A DNA stretch of 35,782 nucleotides from Candidatus Moraniibacteriota bacterium (GCA_037137555.1 JBAXKA010000003.1:1-35782); one strand, 5' to 3'; positions 15,835-25,794 are shown, counted from the first letter of the stretch. Notes: generated by a model from the sequence alone, not told the origin. Made by a program: numbers and translations.

Positions 15835-17670
15835 TTACTCTTTTTTAGCCTTATAAATACTCACAAAGTTTTTTGGTCTGCCATCAATATTTATTTTCCA
15901 CATAGGCTTTTCCGACAAATCCTCTTTAAGAATATTCCAAATTTTATTATTTGCTATTGCTCCCCTGCGTGTCATAACATAATAATCAATCGTATTTTCT
16001 TCTGACTTTCCCATATAATTATTATACCCAGAAGCTTGAATGCAAGTTCCATTAAAAAAATAACAGACGCCCCAATAATCTGACCAGACTTTTAAATTAG
16101 TCGAATTTGGCAAAGCATTTAAAATTTGTGCCGCTTCATAACCACCATAACCCCAAGCACCTGTGATAATCCTGTCTTTTGGTAATAAATTACTTGTATA
16201 ATTAAAATAATACGGCTTGATAAACCATAAGCTCAAACTGCTTATGCCAACAATGACTAGCACTGCTATGAATTTATGTTGCACACGATTTATTTTTCCT
16301 AAAATAAACTCATCAATCGAAAAAGCTGCGATCAACATTAATAATGGATAAAGCATCACGCTATAACGAATATTAACTAAAAGATCTTGCTTTAAAACCG
16401 CCGCATAAAAAACAATCAAAAAAACTGAAGCAGAAAAAACAATCAAAGGATATTTTAATTTTACAAATATGCCCTTAATCCATAAGGCGATGACTGAAAA
16501 TAAAACTAATGGGGTGAGAGAAAAAACTAGTGGATAAATTTCCAGAAATAATTTATCCTGAAAGTCTTGTCTGCGAAATGGATAGCTACTCCCCGCATCA
16601 AAATTCATGCCTTTTATGTTTAAAAAATTATCCATACCAAACCAGTTAAATAAAACCAAACAAAACATCGTTGCAATAATAAAAAATATTACTCTCATCA
16701 AGAACGGAAAAATCTTGTTAATTATTTTTGCCAGAAAAAACATAATTCTAGATTGCAAAAAATGAGCATCAAGATAAATCAACAAATTCAATAACATAAT
16801 AGACCAAAATATTGGTGCCATGCCCTTAAAACCAATTGTGCCGTAATAAAAAAAACTAGGGTCAACAATAACAGCTGGCATCAATATCGCGAAAACAAAA
16901 AATGAACCAGCTAAAATAGCTAAATAAGTTAATATATTTTCCTTGGCTCTTTTGGAAAAATCAAGCTGATTTTTTTCTTGCAACAGATGAATCAATATCA
17001 ACATAAAGAAAAACGGAATAAAAATAACGGCCGAATATTTACTTAAAAGTGCAAAGCCAAATAATATCGAGCATAAAATGGCATCTTTTTTTCCTCGATA
17101 TTTCAGATAATTTAAAAGTGAAATGAGTGCAGAGAAAGAAAAAATCCATAAAAGCGAATCGGGATTGATGATTTGAGAAACGCCAATAATAATCGGGTTC
17201 AATAAAATCAAAGTTACGGCGGTTAGTGCTAGCCATCTATTTTCCGTTAAGCGTTTGATTGCCCAAAAAAGAAATAGTGAAAATAATCCGTTGAAAATTA
17301 GAAGTGGCAAACGAAACGCTAGATTAATTCTTTCCGTTTCCGCGGATGTAAAATTACTTTGATAATCCGCTGTTTCAATAGTGCGTTCATGTAAATTATC
17401 TTCAAATAAAATTCCAATACCAGAAACATACGCCAACATCACTCCGGGTTTATCATTTATTCGTGTGCTTAGCCAATCATTTTTTGCAATCGCATTCCAA
17501 TAATCATGAATCCTACCTGCCGTTGGATCATACATCCAATAATGCTCATCGGCTGTTTCGAATTTTGTTATATGATAAACACCAAAAGCAAAATAAAGAC
17601 TGAGCGGTATTAAAAGCAGTAGCAAAAATTTGCTTTTTAGTTGTTTTTTTATGGATTGAATTTTTTGCAT
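15835..17670 (-). CDS. GT-C / PMT_2-family membrane glycosyltransferase (paralogue A)
   Basis: Aligns along its whole length with the upstream paralogue (FETADEHYWMY...RINDKPGVMLAYVSG vs FVSFDEHYWLY...RINDKPGITLAYVSG). I trimmed the track ORF (to 17919) to the ATG at 17670 (MQKIQSIKK...), because the extension overlaps the upstream gene. Confidence 0.8.
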   Translation of the reverse strand: MQKIQSIKKQLKSKFLLLLLIPLSLYFAFGVYHITKFETADEHYWMYDPTAGRIHDYWNAIAKNDWLSTRINDKPGVMLAYVSGIGILFEDNLHERTIETADYQSNFTSAETERINLAFRLPLLIFNGLFSLFLFWAIKRLTENRWLALTAVTLILLNPIIIGVSQIINPDSLLWIFSFSALISLLNYLKYRGKKDAILCSILFGFALLSKYSAVIFIPFFFMLILIHLLQEKNQLDFSKRAKENILTYLAILAGSFFVFAILMPAVIVDPSFFYYGTIGFKGMAPIFWSIMLLNLLIYLDAHFLQSRIMFFLAKIINKIFPFLMRVIFFIIATMFCLVLFNWFGMDNFLNIKGMNFDAGSSYPFRRQDFQDKLFLEIYPLVFSLTPLVLFSVIALWIKGIFVKLKYPLIVFSASVFLIVFYAAVLKQDLLVNIRYSVMLYPLLMLIAAFSIDEFILGKINRVQHKFIAVLVIVGISSLSLWFIKPYYFNYTSNLLPKDRIITGAWGYGGYEAAQILNALPNSTNLKVWSDYWGVCYFFNGTCIQASGYNNYMGKSEENTIDYYVMTRRGAIANNKIWNILKEDLSEKPMWKINIDGRPKNFVSIYKAKKE

Positions 17671-17680
17671 TGTTTCATTA

Positions 17681-19741
17681 TTATTCTGTGCCAATTGCAC
17701 CTTCGACTTTCTTAGCTTTAAAAACTCGCACATAATTCTTATACCGACCATCGATTTCCAGATTAAAAACTGGTTTTCCATCTTCTCTATAAATTGGTCC
17801 CACGAAATTTGGACGCAATTGATTTTGCAGTGTGGCATAAAAATAATCAATTGGATATTGTTCTGTTCTTGTTTTTGCTTTACGAATACATTTGCCAATA
17901 TAAAATTCACAAAAACCATATGAATCCGCCCAGACTATTGTATTTTTCGCATCAGGCAATTTATTCATTTCTTGGGCTATCTCATAACCACCATAACCCC
18001 AACCACTAGTAATGATATATTTTTTTGGCAAAAAATCATTGCTATAACTAAAATAATACGGCCTGATCAGCCAGATGCTTAAGCAAGCCGAACAGACAAC
18101 TAATAAATATATTACTCCGTAAGTCAAATTGCGCAACTTATTCCAGTTTATAAAAATATAAATTAGTTTTGTTGTTATAACAACCACGGAAATAACAATC
18201 AATGCAAAAATAATTCGGTGAAAATTATAAAAAATTCGCAAATTTGCTTCACTAATAATTTTAGCTTGTTCAAAAGAAGATGTCATAAATAAAAGCAGGA
18301 TTATTGAAAATAGCAATGCGAAAAAAATTAAAAATTTTCGCGAATCTTTATGTTCTTTTTCTTTTTGGGCTATAAAAAAATTCTCCAGCGCAATCGCTGA
18401 AAGCAAAGCAGAAATAGGAAAAAGAATAATACTATAACGAATAGTCAAAACCAAGCCTTGCTTAATTACTGCTAGATAAAAAATAAAAATAAAAGCTGAT
18501 AAAATAAATGTCAAATATTCCTGCTTAATTTTTTGAAAGATACTTTTTGACCAAAGATAAATTAAAGAAAATAAAATTATTGGCAAAGAAGCAAAGGCTA
18601 ACGGCACGGTTTCCATAATGAATTGAGAGCTTAATGGCAAATTGCCAAACTCTGGTTTTCGTTTCATATCAAAAGAAATATCTGAAAGATCAATCAAGCG
18701 ATGACGAAGCATCCAATTAATTAAAACGATGACAATACTAGAAAGCAATAATAATGCAACTAATTTTGGCGCATTTTTTTTGACAAATTGCAATTTTTCT
18801 AATAAATAATATAAAATTTTATTTTGATTAAAATAAGCATCCGCCATAAGTAGCAAATTGACCAACATTGAAAACCAAAAGATTGGAGCCATACCGGGAA
18901 AACCAATCGTGCCGGCATAAAAAAATTGTGGCTCAACAAAAACAGCTGGCATCATTAAAGCAAAAATCAAAAAACCGCCAAAAACAATTCCCAGATAAGC
19001 TAAGCTGTTTTTTAAAACGAGCGCTTTTAATTTTTCTGCTTTATTTGTCCAACCAGAAAATTCAAATAAATAAAAAGCTAACAGCATAAAAAGAAAAAAC
19101 GGAACGAGAATAACACTCACATATTTGCTCGCCATAGACAAACCAAAGAAAAATAGCGTTAGCCAAAAATATTTTTTTTCAGTTTGCAAGAGCCAAGCCG
19201 CAAAAGTCAACATCGCCGCGAAAGCAAAAATCCAAAACAACGAATCCGGATTAACAATTTGCGAGATCCCAATAATCACAGGAGAAAGATATATTAAAGC
19301 AACTGCCAAAAGTGCCAGCCATTCATTCTTTGTGATCTTTTTAATGATCCAGAAAAAATAAAAAATAAAAAAACCAGTCGTCAACAAGATTGGCAAACGA
19401 AAGAGAAAATTAATTTTCTCTGTTTTTTGCGGATCAAAAATTTTCACGGTTTTATCTGTAAAAATCACATGTTCATCTACGATATTATTATCAAAAAGCA
19501 ACGCCAGTCCGGAAACATAGGCGAGTGTAATTCCTGGTTTATCATTGATTCTTGTTTTTTCCCAATCCCCTTCGGCAATTGCTTTCCAATATTGATGGAT
19601 TCGATCATTATCCGAATTATACAACCAATAATGTTCATCAAATGAAACAAACTTAGTCAGATGCGTAAATCCAAAAAAGAAATACACAGCCAAGACAACT
19701 AACAATAAAAATTTAATTTGATATTTTTTTTTAATCAGCAT
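17681..19741 (-). CDS. GT-C / PMT_2-family membrane glycosyltransferase (paralogue B)
   Basis: 686 aa. DEHYW loop motif, many TM helices, and a conserved C-terminal domain (GWGYGGYE...). It is in tandem with paralogue A, 10 nt apart. Confidence 0.8.
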   Translation of the reverse strand: MLIKKKYQIKFLLLVVLAVYFFFGFTHLTKFVSFDEHYWLYNSDNDRIHQYWKAIAEGDWEKTRINDKPGITLAYVSGLALLFDNNIVDEHVIFTDKTVKIFDPQKTEKINFLFRLPILLTTGFFIFYFFWIIKKITKNEWLALLAVALIYLSPVIIGISQIVNPDSLFWIFAFAAMLTFAAWLLQTEKKYFWLTLFFFGLSMASKYVSVILVPFFLFMLLAFYLFEFSGWTNKAEKLKALVLKNSLAYLGIVFGGFLIFALMMPAVFVEPQFFYAGTIGFPGMAPIFWFSMLVNLLLMADAYFNQNKILYYLLEKLQFVKKNAPKLVALLLLSSIVIVLINWMLRHRLIDLSDISFDMKRKPEFGNLPLSSQFIMETVPLAFASLPIILFSLIYLWSKSIFQKIKQEYLTFILSAFIFIFYLAVIKQGLVLTIRYSIILFPISALLSAIALENFFIAQKEKEHKDSRKFLIFFALLFSIILLLFMTSSFEQAKIISEANLRIFYNFHRIIFALIVISVVVITTKLIYIFINWNKLRNLTYGVIYLLVVCSACLSIWLIRPYYFSYSNDFLPKKYIITSGWGYGGYEIAQEMNKLPDAKNTIVWADSYGFCEFYIGKCIRKAKTRTEQYPIDYFYATLQNQLRPNFVGPIYREDGKPVFNLEIDGRYKNYVRVFKAKKVEGAIGTE

Positions 19742-19756
19742 AATGTTACAAAAAAA

Positions 19757-20890
19757 TTATAACTGCACTTTTATTTTTAATTCTTCTCCATTTCGCAAGA
19801 TTGTCAATTCCAGCTCTTCGCCTTTTTTATATTTATACAATAAATCCGGCAATGTTTTTTGAGCATCTATTTTTTCGCCCGCAACGGAAATTATAATATC
19901 ATTGATTTTTAATCCCGCTTTTTCCGCTGGAGAATTTGCCATAATTGAAAGCCCTTGCTGTCCCGAAGGAGAATAAATCAATGCGCCAGATTCACTCGGT
20001 AAATTATTTATTGATGCGTATATTTTATTTACTGGAAGATAATATATGCCAAGCGTAGAATTAGTGCTAATTTCTTTTCGCAATTCTTTATCGATAACCA
20101 ATTTTATTTTATTAGACGGGATTTGAAAAAAACTTTCCAAATTGTTTCTTCGCACCATGCCTGTGATGCCCACAATTTGACCAGCATAATCCACAATTGG
20201 TCCACCCAAATAATGACCTTGTGCAGAAAGATCAATCTCAAAAACACCTTCTAGTTTTTCTGATGAAGCAATTGTTTTTTCTGACAAATTATAATAGGCA
20301 TTAAAACTACTTAAAATTCCTGCAGCAAAAAATGGAGCATAAACTGGCGAGTCGTTACCGATAGCAATAATTTTTTCTCCCGGAATTGCTTCATCGGAAT
20401 TAGCAAATGAAGCCACAGAAAGATTGCTGGCGTTTATTTTAAGAAAAGCCAAATTACTGTAAGAATCAATGTTTGAAAGAGTTGCATCATAAATATTTCC
20501 GTCGTCCGTCGCTACTTTATATTTTGCATTCTCTGTGAGCAATGTTCCAGCATATGTCACAATTAGTCCATCGCTTGCCACAATCAAGCCTGTGCCATTT
20601 TTTATTACCGGCAAGTTAGTTTTCTCTGCCACAGCATAAGAAGTTATATTCACCATAGACGCAGTGATTTGACTAACTATTTTATTTACCGAAGCATCTT
20701 CTTTAATATAAATCTGTTCTGTTTTATTGATGATTGTCACTTCTTCGGTGGATTTTTTTATAAAATCATATTTAGCAAAAAACTTCGTCGTAGCCAGGCG
20801 AGGAAAAATATATCGATTAGTCACCACACCGCTTAAACCACTGATAAAAATAATCCCTAGAATAAAAACGCTTTTTTTAGTTTTTCGCAT
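19757..20890 (-). CDS. HtrA/DegP-like trypsin-fold + PDZ protein with all three catalytic residues substituted (pseudoprotease)
   Basis: Aligned to the active paralogue at 24298-25587: TNKHVV becomes TYAGTL (His lost), DVAVIKI becomes NLAFLKI (Asp to Asn), and GNSGGP becomes HYLGGP (Ser to Leu). The N-terminal TM and C-terminal PDZ are retained. Confidence 0.75.
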   Translation of the reverse strand: MRKTKKSVFILGIIFISGLSGVVTNRYIFPRLATTKFFAKYDFIKKSTEEVTIINKTEQIYIKEDASVNKIVSQITASMVNITSYAVAEKTNLPVIKNGTGLIVASDGLIVTYAGTLLTENAKYKVATDDGNIYDATLSNIDSYSNLAFLKINASNLSVASFANSDEAIPGEKIIAIGNDSPVYAPFFAAGILSSFNAYYNLSEKTIASSEKLEGVFEIDLSAQGHYLGGPIVDYAGQIVGITGMVRRNNLESFFQIPSNKIKLVIDKELRKEISTNSTLGIYYLPVNKIYASINNLPSESGALIYSPSGQQGLSIMANSPAEKAGLKINDIIISVAGEKIDAQKTLPDLLYKYKKGEELELTILRNGEELKIKVQL

Positions 20891-20916
20891 AGAATAAATA
20901 TAAAAAATATTTTAAA

Positions 20917-21666
20917 TTAAATCACCGGAATCCATTTTGAAGTTATTAACACAAGCAAGATCAAAAATGAAAAAAATACTATATTAACTATCGCTCTTTT
21001 TTGACTTAAATTGTTCAGAAAATGACCTTGAACAATACTCCAGAGGATATAATAAAGTATAAGGGCAATTACGCCTGTGGTCAAATACCCAAACGGCCAA
21101 AAACTAATCGCCCAAACTATTTCCATCATAGCTAGTCCCAGCAAAAAACTATATGTCCAGACCACTTTTTGCTCATTGTTTTTTATAATAGAAAGATATT
21201 GATAGCTCACTAATAGCGTGCTTAAAAAATAAACTAACATTAATATATATAATGGCACGAGAAAATTCAAATAAAGTCCATAGGCACTGGCATAAATAAA
21301 AAAAATCGTCGTAGATGTTGCCGCCATATTCATGCCTTTGGCCGTTTGATCTTTTTCATATATTCCTAAACGATATGCACCAAAAAGTGCTAGATAATTC
21401 ATGCTAGAAGCCAGCACGATGAAAATCTGCTGTTCATATGCCAAAGTGATTAAATATAATAAGGCCGCCGAAGAAAGTGTGAAAAAAATCGGAAGAATAG
21501 AAAATTTCCATTTTGCCCCAACATGTTTTCCCTCCCAAAGAGCAACTAAAATTAAAAATGCTACTGTACTTATAACAAGATTAAAATTATCGCGAATATA
21601 AATAACAAATTCCAAGCCAAGCAAGAATAAAAGACTATACAGAAATGGACGCAATTTTAAAAACAT
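20917..21666 (-). CDS. Integral membrane protein (about 7 TM), hypothetical
   Basis: 249-aa highly hydrophobic ORF directly downstream of clpB on the same strand. Confidence 0.55.
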   Translation of the reverse strand: MFLKLRPFLYSLLFLLGLEFVIYIRDNFNLVISTVAFLILVALWEGKHVGAKWKFSILPIFFTLSSAALLYLITLAYEQQIFIVLASSMNYLALFGAYRLGIYEKDQTAKGMNMAATSTTIFFIYASAYGLYLNFLVPLYILMLVYFLSTLLVSYQYLSIIKNNEQKVVWTYSFLLGLAMMEIVWAISFWPFGYLTTGVIALILYYILWSIVQGHFLNNLSQKRAIVNIVFFSFLILLVLITSKWIPVI

Positions 21667-21671
21667 ATTAT

Positions 21672-24287
21672 TTATGCAATTTCAAAAGTAAGTTTACCAC
21701 TTTTTGCATCAATTTTCAAAGTGTTGCCTGCTATTATTTTATTTTCAATAATCATCCGTGCCAATTCATTCATTATTTCAGTTTGAATAAGTCGCTTTAA
21801 TGGTCTGGCACCATAGGTTGTATCATAACCTTTTTCGCTCAACCATTCTTTTGCATTTGCCGTAAGTTTTATTTTTATATTTTTCTCCGCTAATCTTTTT
21901 TCAATCTGCACTAATTGCAAATCAACAATCTGACGAAGCATTTGGCGACTAATTGGATGAAAAATAATTATCTCATCCATGCGATTTAAAAATTCTGGTT
22001 TAAAATTTTCCTTAAGTGAACTCAGCACTTTTTGTTGCATATCCACTTCAGCAATTGCCTCATCTTCTTTTTCTTCACGAAAACCCAGATTATTTTTATA
22101 AATAATATCGGAACCAAGATTTGAAGTCATAATGATGACCGTATTTTTAAAATTAATTCTTCGCCCTTTTGCATCAGTCAGATGACCTTCATCTAAAATT
22201 TGCAGCATAATATTAAAAACCTGTTGATTGGCTTTTTCGATTTCATCAAATAAAATAACCGAGTAAGGTTTTCGCCGAACAGTTTCTGTTAGCTGACCAC
22301 CTTCCTCATAGCCAACATAGCCCGGTGGTGAACCAATTAATTTTGAAGCACTGTGCGATTCTGTATATTCTCCCATATCAATTCTAATGATTGCTTTTTC
22401 ATCATTAAATAAAAATTCTGCCAACGCTTTTGCCAATTCTGTTTTTCCCACGCCAGTTGGTCCCAGAAAAATAAATGATCCGATTGGTCTTTTGCTTTCT
22501 GCGATTCCGGAACGAGATCGTCTAACGGCATTTGCTACGGCAGAAATTGCATCAGTTTGTCCCATCACTCGCTTGCCAATCGCCTCCTCCATTTGGATTA
22601 ATTTTTGAGCTTCACCTTCAATTAATTTTGATACAGGAATGCCTGTCCAGCGAGATACAACTTTGGCAATATCCTCAGCGGTTACTTCTTCCTTAAGAAT
22701 TGCACCTTTACTTTGAAGATTGCTTAATTTTTTCTTTTCCAAAATAATTTTTTTCTCTAGCTCGGGAATTTTTCCATAACGAATTTCAGCTACATTATCC
22801 AGTTCCATTTTTCGCTCGGCAATTTCCGCCATTGATTTCAATCGATCAATTTCAATTGAATGTTTTCGAATATTAGTAATTAATTCTTTTTCCGCTTGCC
22901 ATTGTAATAAAACCGTGCTTTCTTTTTCTCGAATTTCCGCTAACTTCCGATTCAGCTCACGAATTTTTTTCTTCACATCTTTATTTTTTTCTTTTTCCAG
23001 TGCTTTTTTTTCAATTTCCATGCGACGCAATAATCTTTCCGTGGAATCAATTTCCGTTGGCATCGAATCAATTTCCATTCGTAAAGCACTTGTGGCTTCA
23101 TCAATTAAATCCACCGCTTTGTCCGGCAAAAAACGATCCGTAATATACCGATCAGAAAGCTTAACCGCTTCTTGAATTGCTGCATCAGTTATTTTCACTC
23201 CATGATGCACTTCGTATTTTTCTTTAAGTCCACGCAAAATTGCAATCGAATCTTCAATTGATGGTTCGCCCACTATAATTGGTTGAAATCTTCTTTCAAA
23301 AGCAGCATCCTTTTCGATATATTTTTGATATTCTTTGGTTGTTGTCGCACCAATCATGCGAAGTTTTCCCCGAGCCAGTGCCGGCTTTAACATATTAGAC
23401 GCATCCATCGTGCCTTCAATCGCACCAGCACCAACCAGTGTGTGCAACTCGTCAATAAATAAAATATATTTTCCCGCTTCACGATCAATCTCACCTATCA
23501 AAGCCTTTAAGCGTTCTTCAAATTCTCCCCGAAATTTTGTGCCAGCAATTAAAAGACCCAAATCTAATGACATTAAAGATTTATCTTTCAAAGTTTCCGG
23601 CACATCACCGTCGGCAATTCTTTGCGCCAAACCTTCTGCAATCGCTGTTTTTCCTGTTCCCGCTTCACCAATAAGCACCGGATTATTTTTTGTTCTGCGA
23701 CTAAGCACTTGCATCACTCGTCGGATTTCATCATCACGACCAATTACTGGATCAAGTTTATTATCTTTTGCCAATTGCGTCAGGTCAATTGTATATTTTC
23801 GCAAAGCCTGCAATCTATTTTCTGGATCAGGTGAATCTATTTTTTGTGATCCTCGCAACTCTTTAATAATTTTAAAAATACTTTCATAAATAATCCCGTG
23901 TTCGGCCAGAAAATCTCCAATCACACCTCTAGTTGCTAGAAAAGAAAGTAGCAAATGTTCCATAGAAACATATTCATCATTATTCTTTCTCGCTTCAATT
24001 TCTGCATTATTCAAAACCAGCACAACCTCAGGAGCAATAAAAATTTGCTTGATTCCTTGTGGCGGGTTATGTGGATATTTTTCAATCTCTCTGGTTATAT
24101 CATATTTTATTTTATCCCCATCCAGTTCTATTTTTTTAAAAATTACTGGAATAATTGAATCTTCTTGATCAAGAAGAGCAAAAAGCAAATGAAAAACATC
24201 CACCTGCTGTTGATTATTAATAATGGCCAATTCTTGTGCGTGTTGCAAGACCAATTGCGCCTTAGTTGTAAATCGATTAAGATCCAT
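21672..24287 (-). CDS. clpB: ATP-dependent chaperone/disaggregase ClpB
   Basis: 871 aa. Clp N-domain, two AAA+ modules (GEAGTGKTAIAEGLA; GPTGVGKTELAKALA) and a long coiled-coil middle domain. Confidence 0.95.
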   Translation of the reverse strand: MDLNRFTTKAQLVLQHAQELAIINNQQQVDVFHLLFALLDQEDSIIPVIFKKIELDGDKIKYDITREIEKYPHNPPQGIKQIFIAPEVVLVLNNAEIEARKNNDEYVSMEHLLLSFLATRGVIGDFLAEHGIIYESIFKIIKELRGSQKIDSPDPENRLQALRKYTIDLTQLAKDNKLDPVIGRDDEIRRVMQVLSRRTKNNPVLIGEAGTGKTAIAEGLAQRIADGDVPETLKDKSLMSLDLGLLIAGTKFRGEFEERLKALIGEIDREAGKYILFIDELHTLVGAGAIEGTMDASNMLKPALARGKLRMIGATTTKEYQKYIEKDAAFERRFQPIIVGEPSIEDSIAILRGLKEKYEVHHGVKITDAAIQEAVKLSDRYITDRFLPDKAVDLIDEATSALRMEIDSMPTEIDSTERLLRRMEIEKKALEKEKNKDVKKKIRELNRKLAEIREKESTVLLQWQAEKELITNIRKHSIEIDRLKSMAEIAERKMELDNVAEIRYGKIPELEKKIILEKKKLSNLQSKGAILKEEVTAEDIAKVVSRWTGIPVSKLIEGEAQKLIQMEEAIGKRVMGQTDAISAVANAVRRSRSGIAESKRPIGSFIFLGPTGVGKTELAKALAEFLFNDEKAIIRIDMGEYTESHSASKLIGSPPGYVGYEEGGQLTETVRRKPYSVILFDEIEKANQQVFNIMLQILDEGHLTDAKGRRINFKNTVIIMTSNLGSDIIYKNNLGFREEKEDEAIAEVDMQQKVLSSLKENFKPEFLNRMDEIIIFHPISRQMLRQIVDLQLVQIEKRLAEKNIKIKLTANAKEWLSEKGYDTTYGARPLKRLIQTEIMNELARMIIENKIIAGNTLKIDAKSGKLTFEIA

Positions 24288-24297
24288 ATTTTTTAAA

Positions 24298-25587
24298 TTA
24301 TATTCTTTCTTCTAATTTAATTTTCACTTCTTTTATGTTGCCTTTGTGCCAAATCTTTAAAACTATCTCATCCCCAACTTTAAATTTAGCTAGAAGCTCG
24401 ATAAAGGCATTATTTGCATCAATTTTTTGTCCATTTATTTCCAAGATTATATCATTTTCCACTATCCCAGCCTTGTCTGCTGGAGAACCAGGAATAACCG
24501 CAAAATCAGTTATTTCTTGTCCACGCAAAATCATTATTCCATAATTAAAAGCTAGATTGATTTTTTTTTGCAAAACATCATCAACTGGAATGTAACGCAC
24601 GCCAAGATATGGCGTAGATATTTTTCCAGTATTTTTTACTTGCTCAGTTGTTTTCATTACTTGATTTGCTGGAATAGCAAAACCAACATTTTGTGCACCT
24701 TGTGCAATTGCCACATTAATTCCAATTACTTTTCCATTGATATCCAAAAGCGGACCACCAGAATTTCCCGGATTAATTGCTGCATCAGTTTGAATAATAT
24801 TGGTCAATTTTTCGCTATCATTAAAACCGTTACCAGCGATTAAAGTTCTTTTTAATCCAGAAATAATTCCCTTACTAACAGTATTAGAAAATTCACCTAA
24901 CGAATTACCAATAGCAATTGCCGTTTGTCCAATTTTTAAACTTTCCGAATCTCCAAAACTAAGTGTAGCATAATCTGTTCCCTCAATTTTAATTACCGCA
25001 ACATCAATTGATGGATCGCGCGCCAAAACTTTAGCGCCATGTTCTTTGCCATCACTCGTAATGACGGTATATTCAGCCATAGCGTCAGAAACAACATGCT
25101 TATTAGTCGCAATCATACCATCGGAAGTTATAAGAAAACCCGTGCCTGCACCAATTTTTTCTTTTTGCATATTTCCAGGCGAACTGTTTTGATCAGGAGT
25201 ATTATCAAAAAAACCAAACGGATCAAAAAACTTTTGTATTTTTGGCATATCCTTACTGACAACAATACTAACAACGGCTGGAGTGCTTTTTTCAACAACA
25301 TCAATCACGGCAGAATCTTCCTGAATTATTTTCTCTCGTGAAATAATAGAACTTATTTTTTCTTGATGATTAAATAAATTAGGAAATTTTTGAGAAATTC
25401 GTGTGAAAATTGTTTGTCCAAATCCTCCTGACAAAAAACCAAAAACGGTACCAGTCATGGCTGATACTAAAATAACTAACAATATACTTGATGCGAAATA
25501 AGCACACGAATGGTTAATCTTTCTTTTTTTTGTCGCCACTATTCTTTCCCCTTGCGACTCTTCTGGGGCAATATTGATATTATCCAT
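24298..25587 (-). CDS. htrA: Serine protease HtrA/DegP family with PDZ domain (catalytically intact)
   Basis: GTGFLITSDGMIATNKHVV (His), DVAVIKI (Asp), NPGNSGGPLLD (Ser). N-terminal TM anchor and C-terminal PDZ. Confidence 0.9.
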   Translation of the reverse strand: MDNINIAPEESQGERIVATKKRKINHSCAYFASSILLVILVSAMTGTVFGFLSGGFGQTIFTRISQKFPNLFNHQEKISSIISREKIIQEDSAVIDVVEKSTPAVVSIVVSKDMPKIQKFFDPFGFFDNTPDQNSSPGNMQKEKIGAGTGFLITSDGMIATNKHVVSDAMAEYTVITSDGKEHGAKVLARDPSIDVAVIKIEGTDYATLSFGDSESLKIGQTAIAIGNSLGEFSNTVSKGIISGLKRTLIAGNGFNDSEKLTNIIQTDAAINPGNSGGPLLDINGKVIGINVAIAQGAQNVGFAIPANQVMKTTEQVKNTGKISTPYLGVRYIPVDDVLQKKINLAFNYGIMILRGQEITDFAVIPGSPADKAGIVENDIILEINGQKIDANNAFIELLAKFKVGDEIVLKIWHKGNIKEVKIKLEERI

Positions 25588-25596
25588 ATTTATTAT

Positions 25597-25776
25597 TTAC
25601 TCCATTGAAATTGCGCTGACCGGACAACTATCGATCACACTTTGACAATCACAATCACCACACTCCTCAGAAATTACTTTGGATTTCCCATCTTCAATTT
25701 TGAAAACAGCAGAACAAAGCGACTCGCATGTTCCACAACCAATACACATCTCTTCATTAACTTTTACTTTTGTCAT
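25597..25776 (-). CDS. Small ferredoxin (single Fe-S cluster type), 59 aa
   Basis: Not in the ORF track (below its length cut-off). My translation of the minus strand: MTKVKVNEEMCIGCGTCESLCSAVFKIEDGKSKVISEECGDCDCQSVIDSCPVSAISME. CxxCxxC...CP is the ferredoxin pattern. Confidence 0.75.
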   Translation of the reverse strand: MTKVKVNEEMCIGCGTCESLCSAVFKIEDGKSKVISEECGDCDCQSVIDSCPVSAISME

Positions 25777-25794
25777 ATGATTAAAAAAATTAAA

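Noticed and set aside
15835-17919. N-terminal 83-aa extension of the GT-C paralogue A ORF, which overlaps the upstream paralogue by 239 nt.
   Set aside because: The extension has no counterpart in the paralogue alignment. The ATG at 17670 aligns with the paralogue's N-terminus and leaves a clean 10-nt intergenic gap.
321-19645. Short overlapping ORFs inside the glycosyltransferase, membrane-protein, Fic and T5orf172 genes (e.g. 321-521, 789-1124, 810-1055, 2769-3011, 2824-3141, 4191-4391, 5182-5403, 10187-10581, 11176-11434, 12784-13014, 13349-13645, 13728-13925, 14231-14431, 17039-17236, 17794-18009, 18868-19645).
   Set aside because: The same reasoning applies. They are embedded in longer ORFs with clear family signatures or TM architecture, and nothing independent supports them.
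21672-25587. Numerous 60-184-aa ORFs antisense to, or out of frame within, clpB and htrA (e.g. 22337-22531, 22387-22608, 22915-23175, 23335-23889, 23622-23834, 23955-24158, 24335-24544, 24568-24843, 25039-25341).
   Set aside because: They lie entirely inside strongly supported conserved genes, have low-complexity or odd composition and no recognisable motifs. These are shadow ORFs, expected in AT-rich DNA with few stop codons on the complementary frames.
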